From positions 490,894 to 554,893 of the forward strand of contig CAVQBI010000002.1 of the NCBI GenBank assembly GCA_963710705.1: 64,000 nt of DNA, written 5' to 3'. The stretch is from an uncultured Pseudomonadota bacterium. GTDB lineage: Bacteria > Pseudomonadota > Alphaproteobacteria > Rhizobiales > Xanthobacteraceae. The notes under the pieces are model-generated. The model was not told where the DNA came from. It saw only the letters and a program-made list of their open reading frames with translations, and did not search any database. The position numbers and the translations under genes were made by a program. Below, in pieces: positions 63,949 through 64,000 of the stretch (position 1 is its first letter; every line of letters starts with the position of its first letter).

Positions 63949-64000
63949 TCAGGCCGCGAGCTTTTCCAGCTCTTCCAGGATCGCCGAGCCCATCTCCTCG
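63949..64000 (-). CDS. 3' end of an unidentified minus-strand gene (continues beyond window)
   Basis: The reverse frame is open to the window edge and ends ...EEMGSAILEELEKLAA-stop (TGA, complement of 63949-63951). The fragment is too short to identify. Confidence 0.3.
   Translation of the reverse strand, partial: EEMGSAILEELEKLAA

Overview
This 64-kb window is high-GC alphaproteobacterial core chromosome. Sampled lines run about 65-75% G+C. Gene content, gene order and the REP-like hairpins point to Hyphomicrobiales, probably near the Bradyrhizobium/Rhodopseudomonas/Afipia group; that placement is inference. The diagnostic gene blocks are priA near atpHAGDC, mdh-sucCDAB-lpdA, acnA, ccmABCDG, dapF-mtaB and ftsY-yciB, ffh-rpsP-rimM-trmD-rplS, a split leuC/leuD pair, asd, and a sorAB-like sulfite dehydrogenase. 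I call about 68 protein genes, nearly all housekeeping. I found no rRNA, tRNA, CRISPR array, prophage, or recognisable defence, toxin-antitoxin or secondary-metabolite cluster, and I cannot honestly point to a convincing new multi-gene system. Accessory content is one IS630-family insertion sequence and four families of palindromic intergenic repeats (10 copies). The items most worth a second look are: (1) three small secreted aromatic/Arg-rich proteins between leuC and leuD, one with 29 Tyr in its last 64 residues; (2) an unannotated 89-aa two-helix membrane ORF translationally coupled between atpD and atpC; (3) a nested-palindrome repeat family whose copies sit exactly on gene junctions and now appear to supply stop and start codons (ABC ATPase/permease, rpsP/rimM); (4) an orphan plus-strand rho-independent terminator between two minus-strand genes, a candidate sRNA; (5) the IS630 element inserted in a CTAG formed by two overlapping convergent stop codons; (6) a lower-GC patch covering a GT-C-like membrane protein and a DUF429 gene. 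Start codons were chosen by homology to typical N-termini and by Shine-Dalgarno context, so several are uncertain. All family assignments come from reading the translations, not from database searches.
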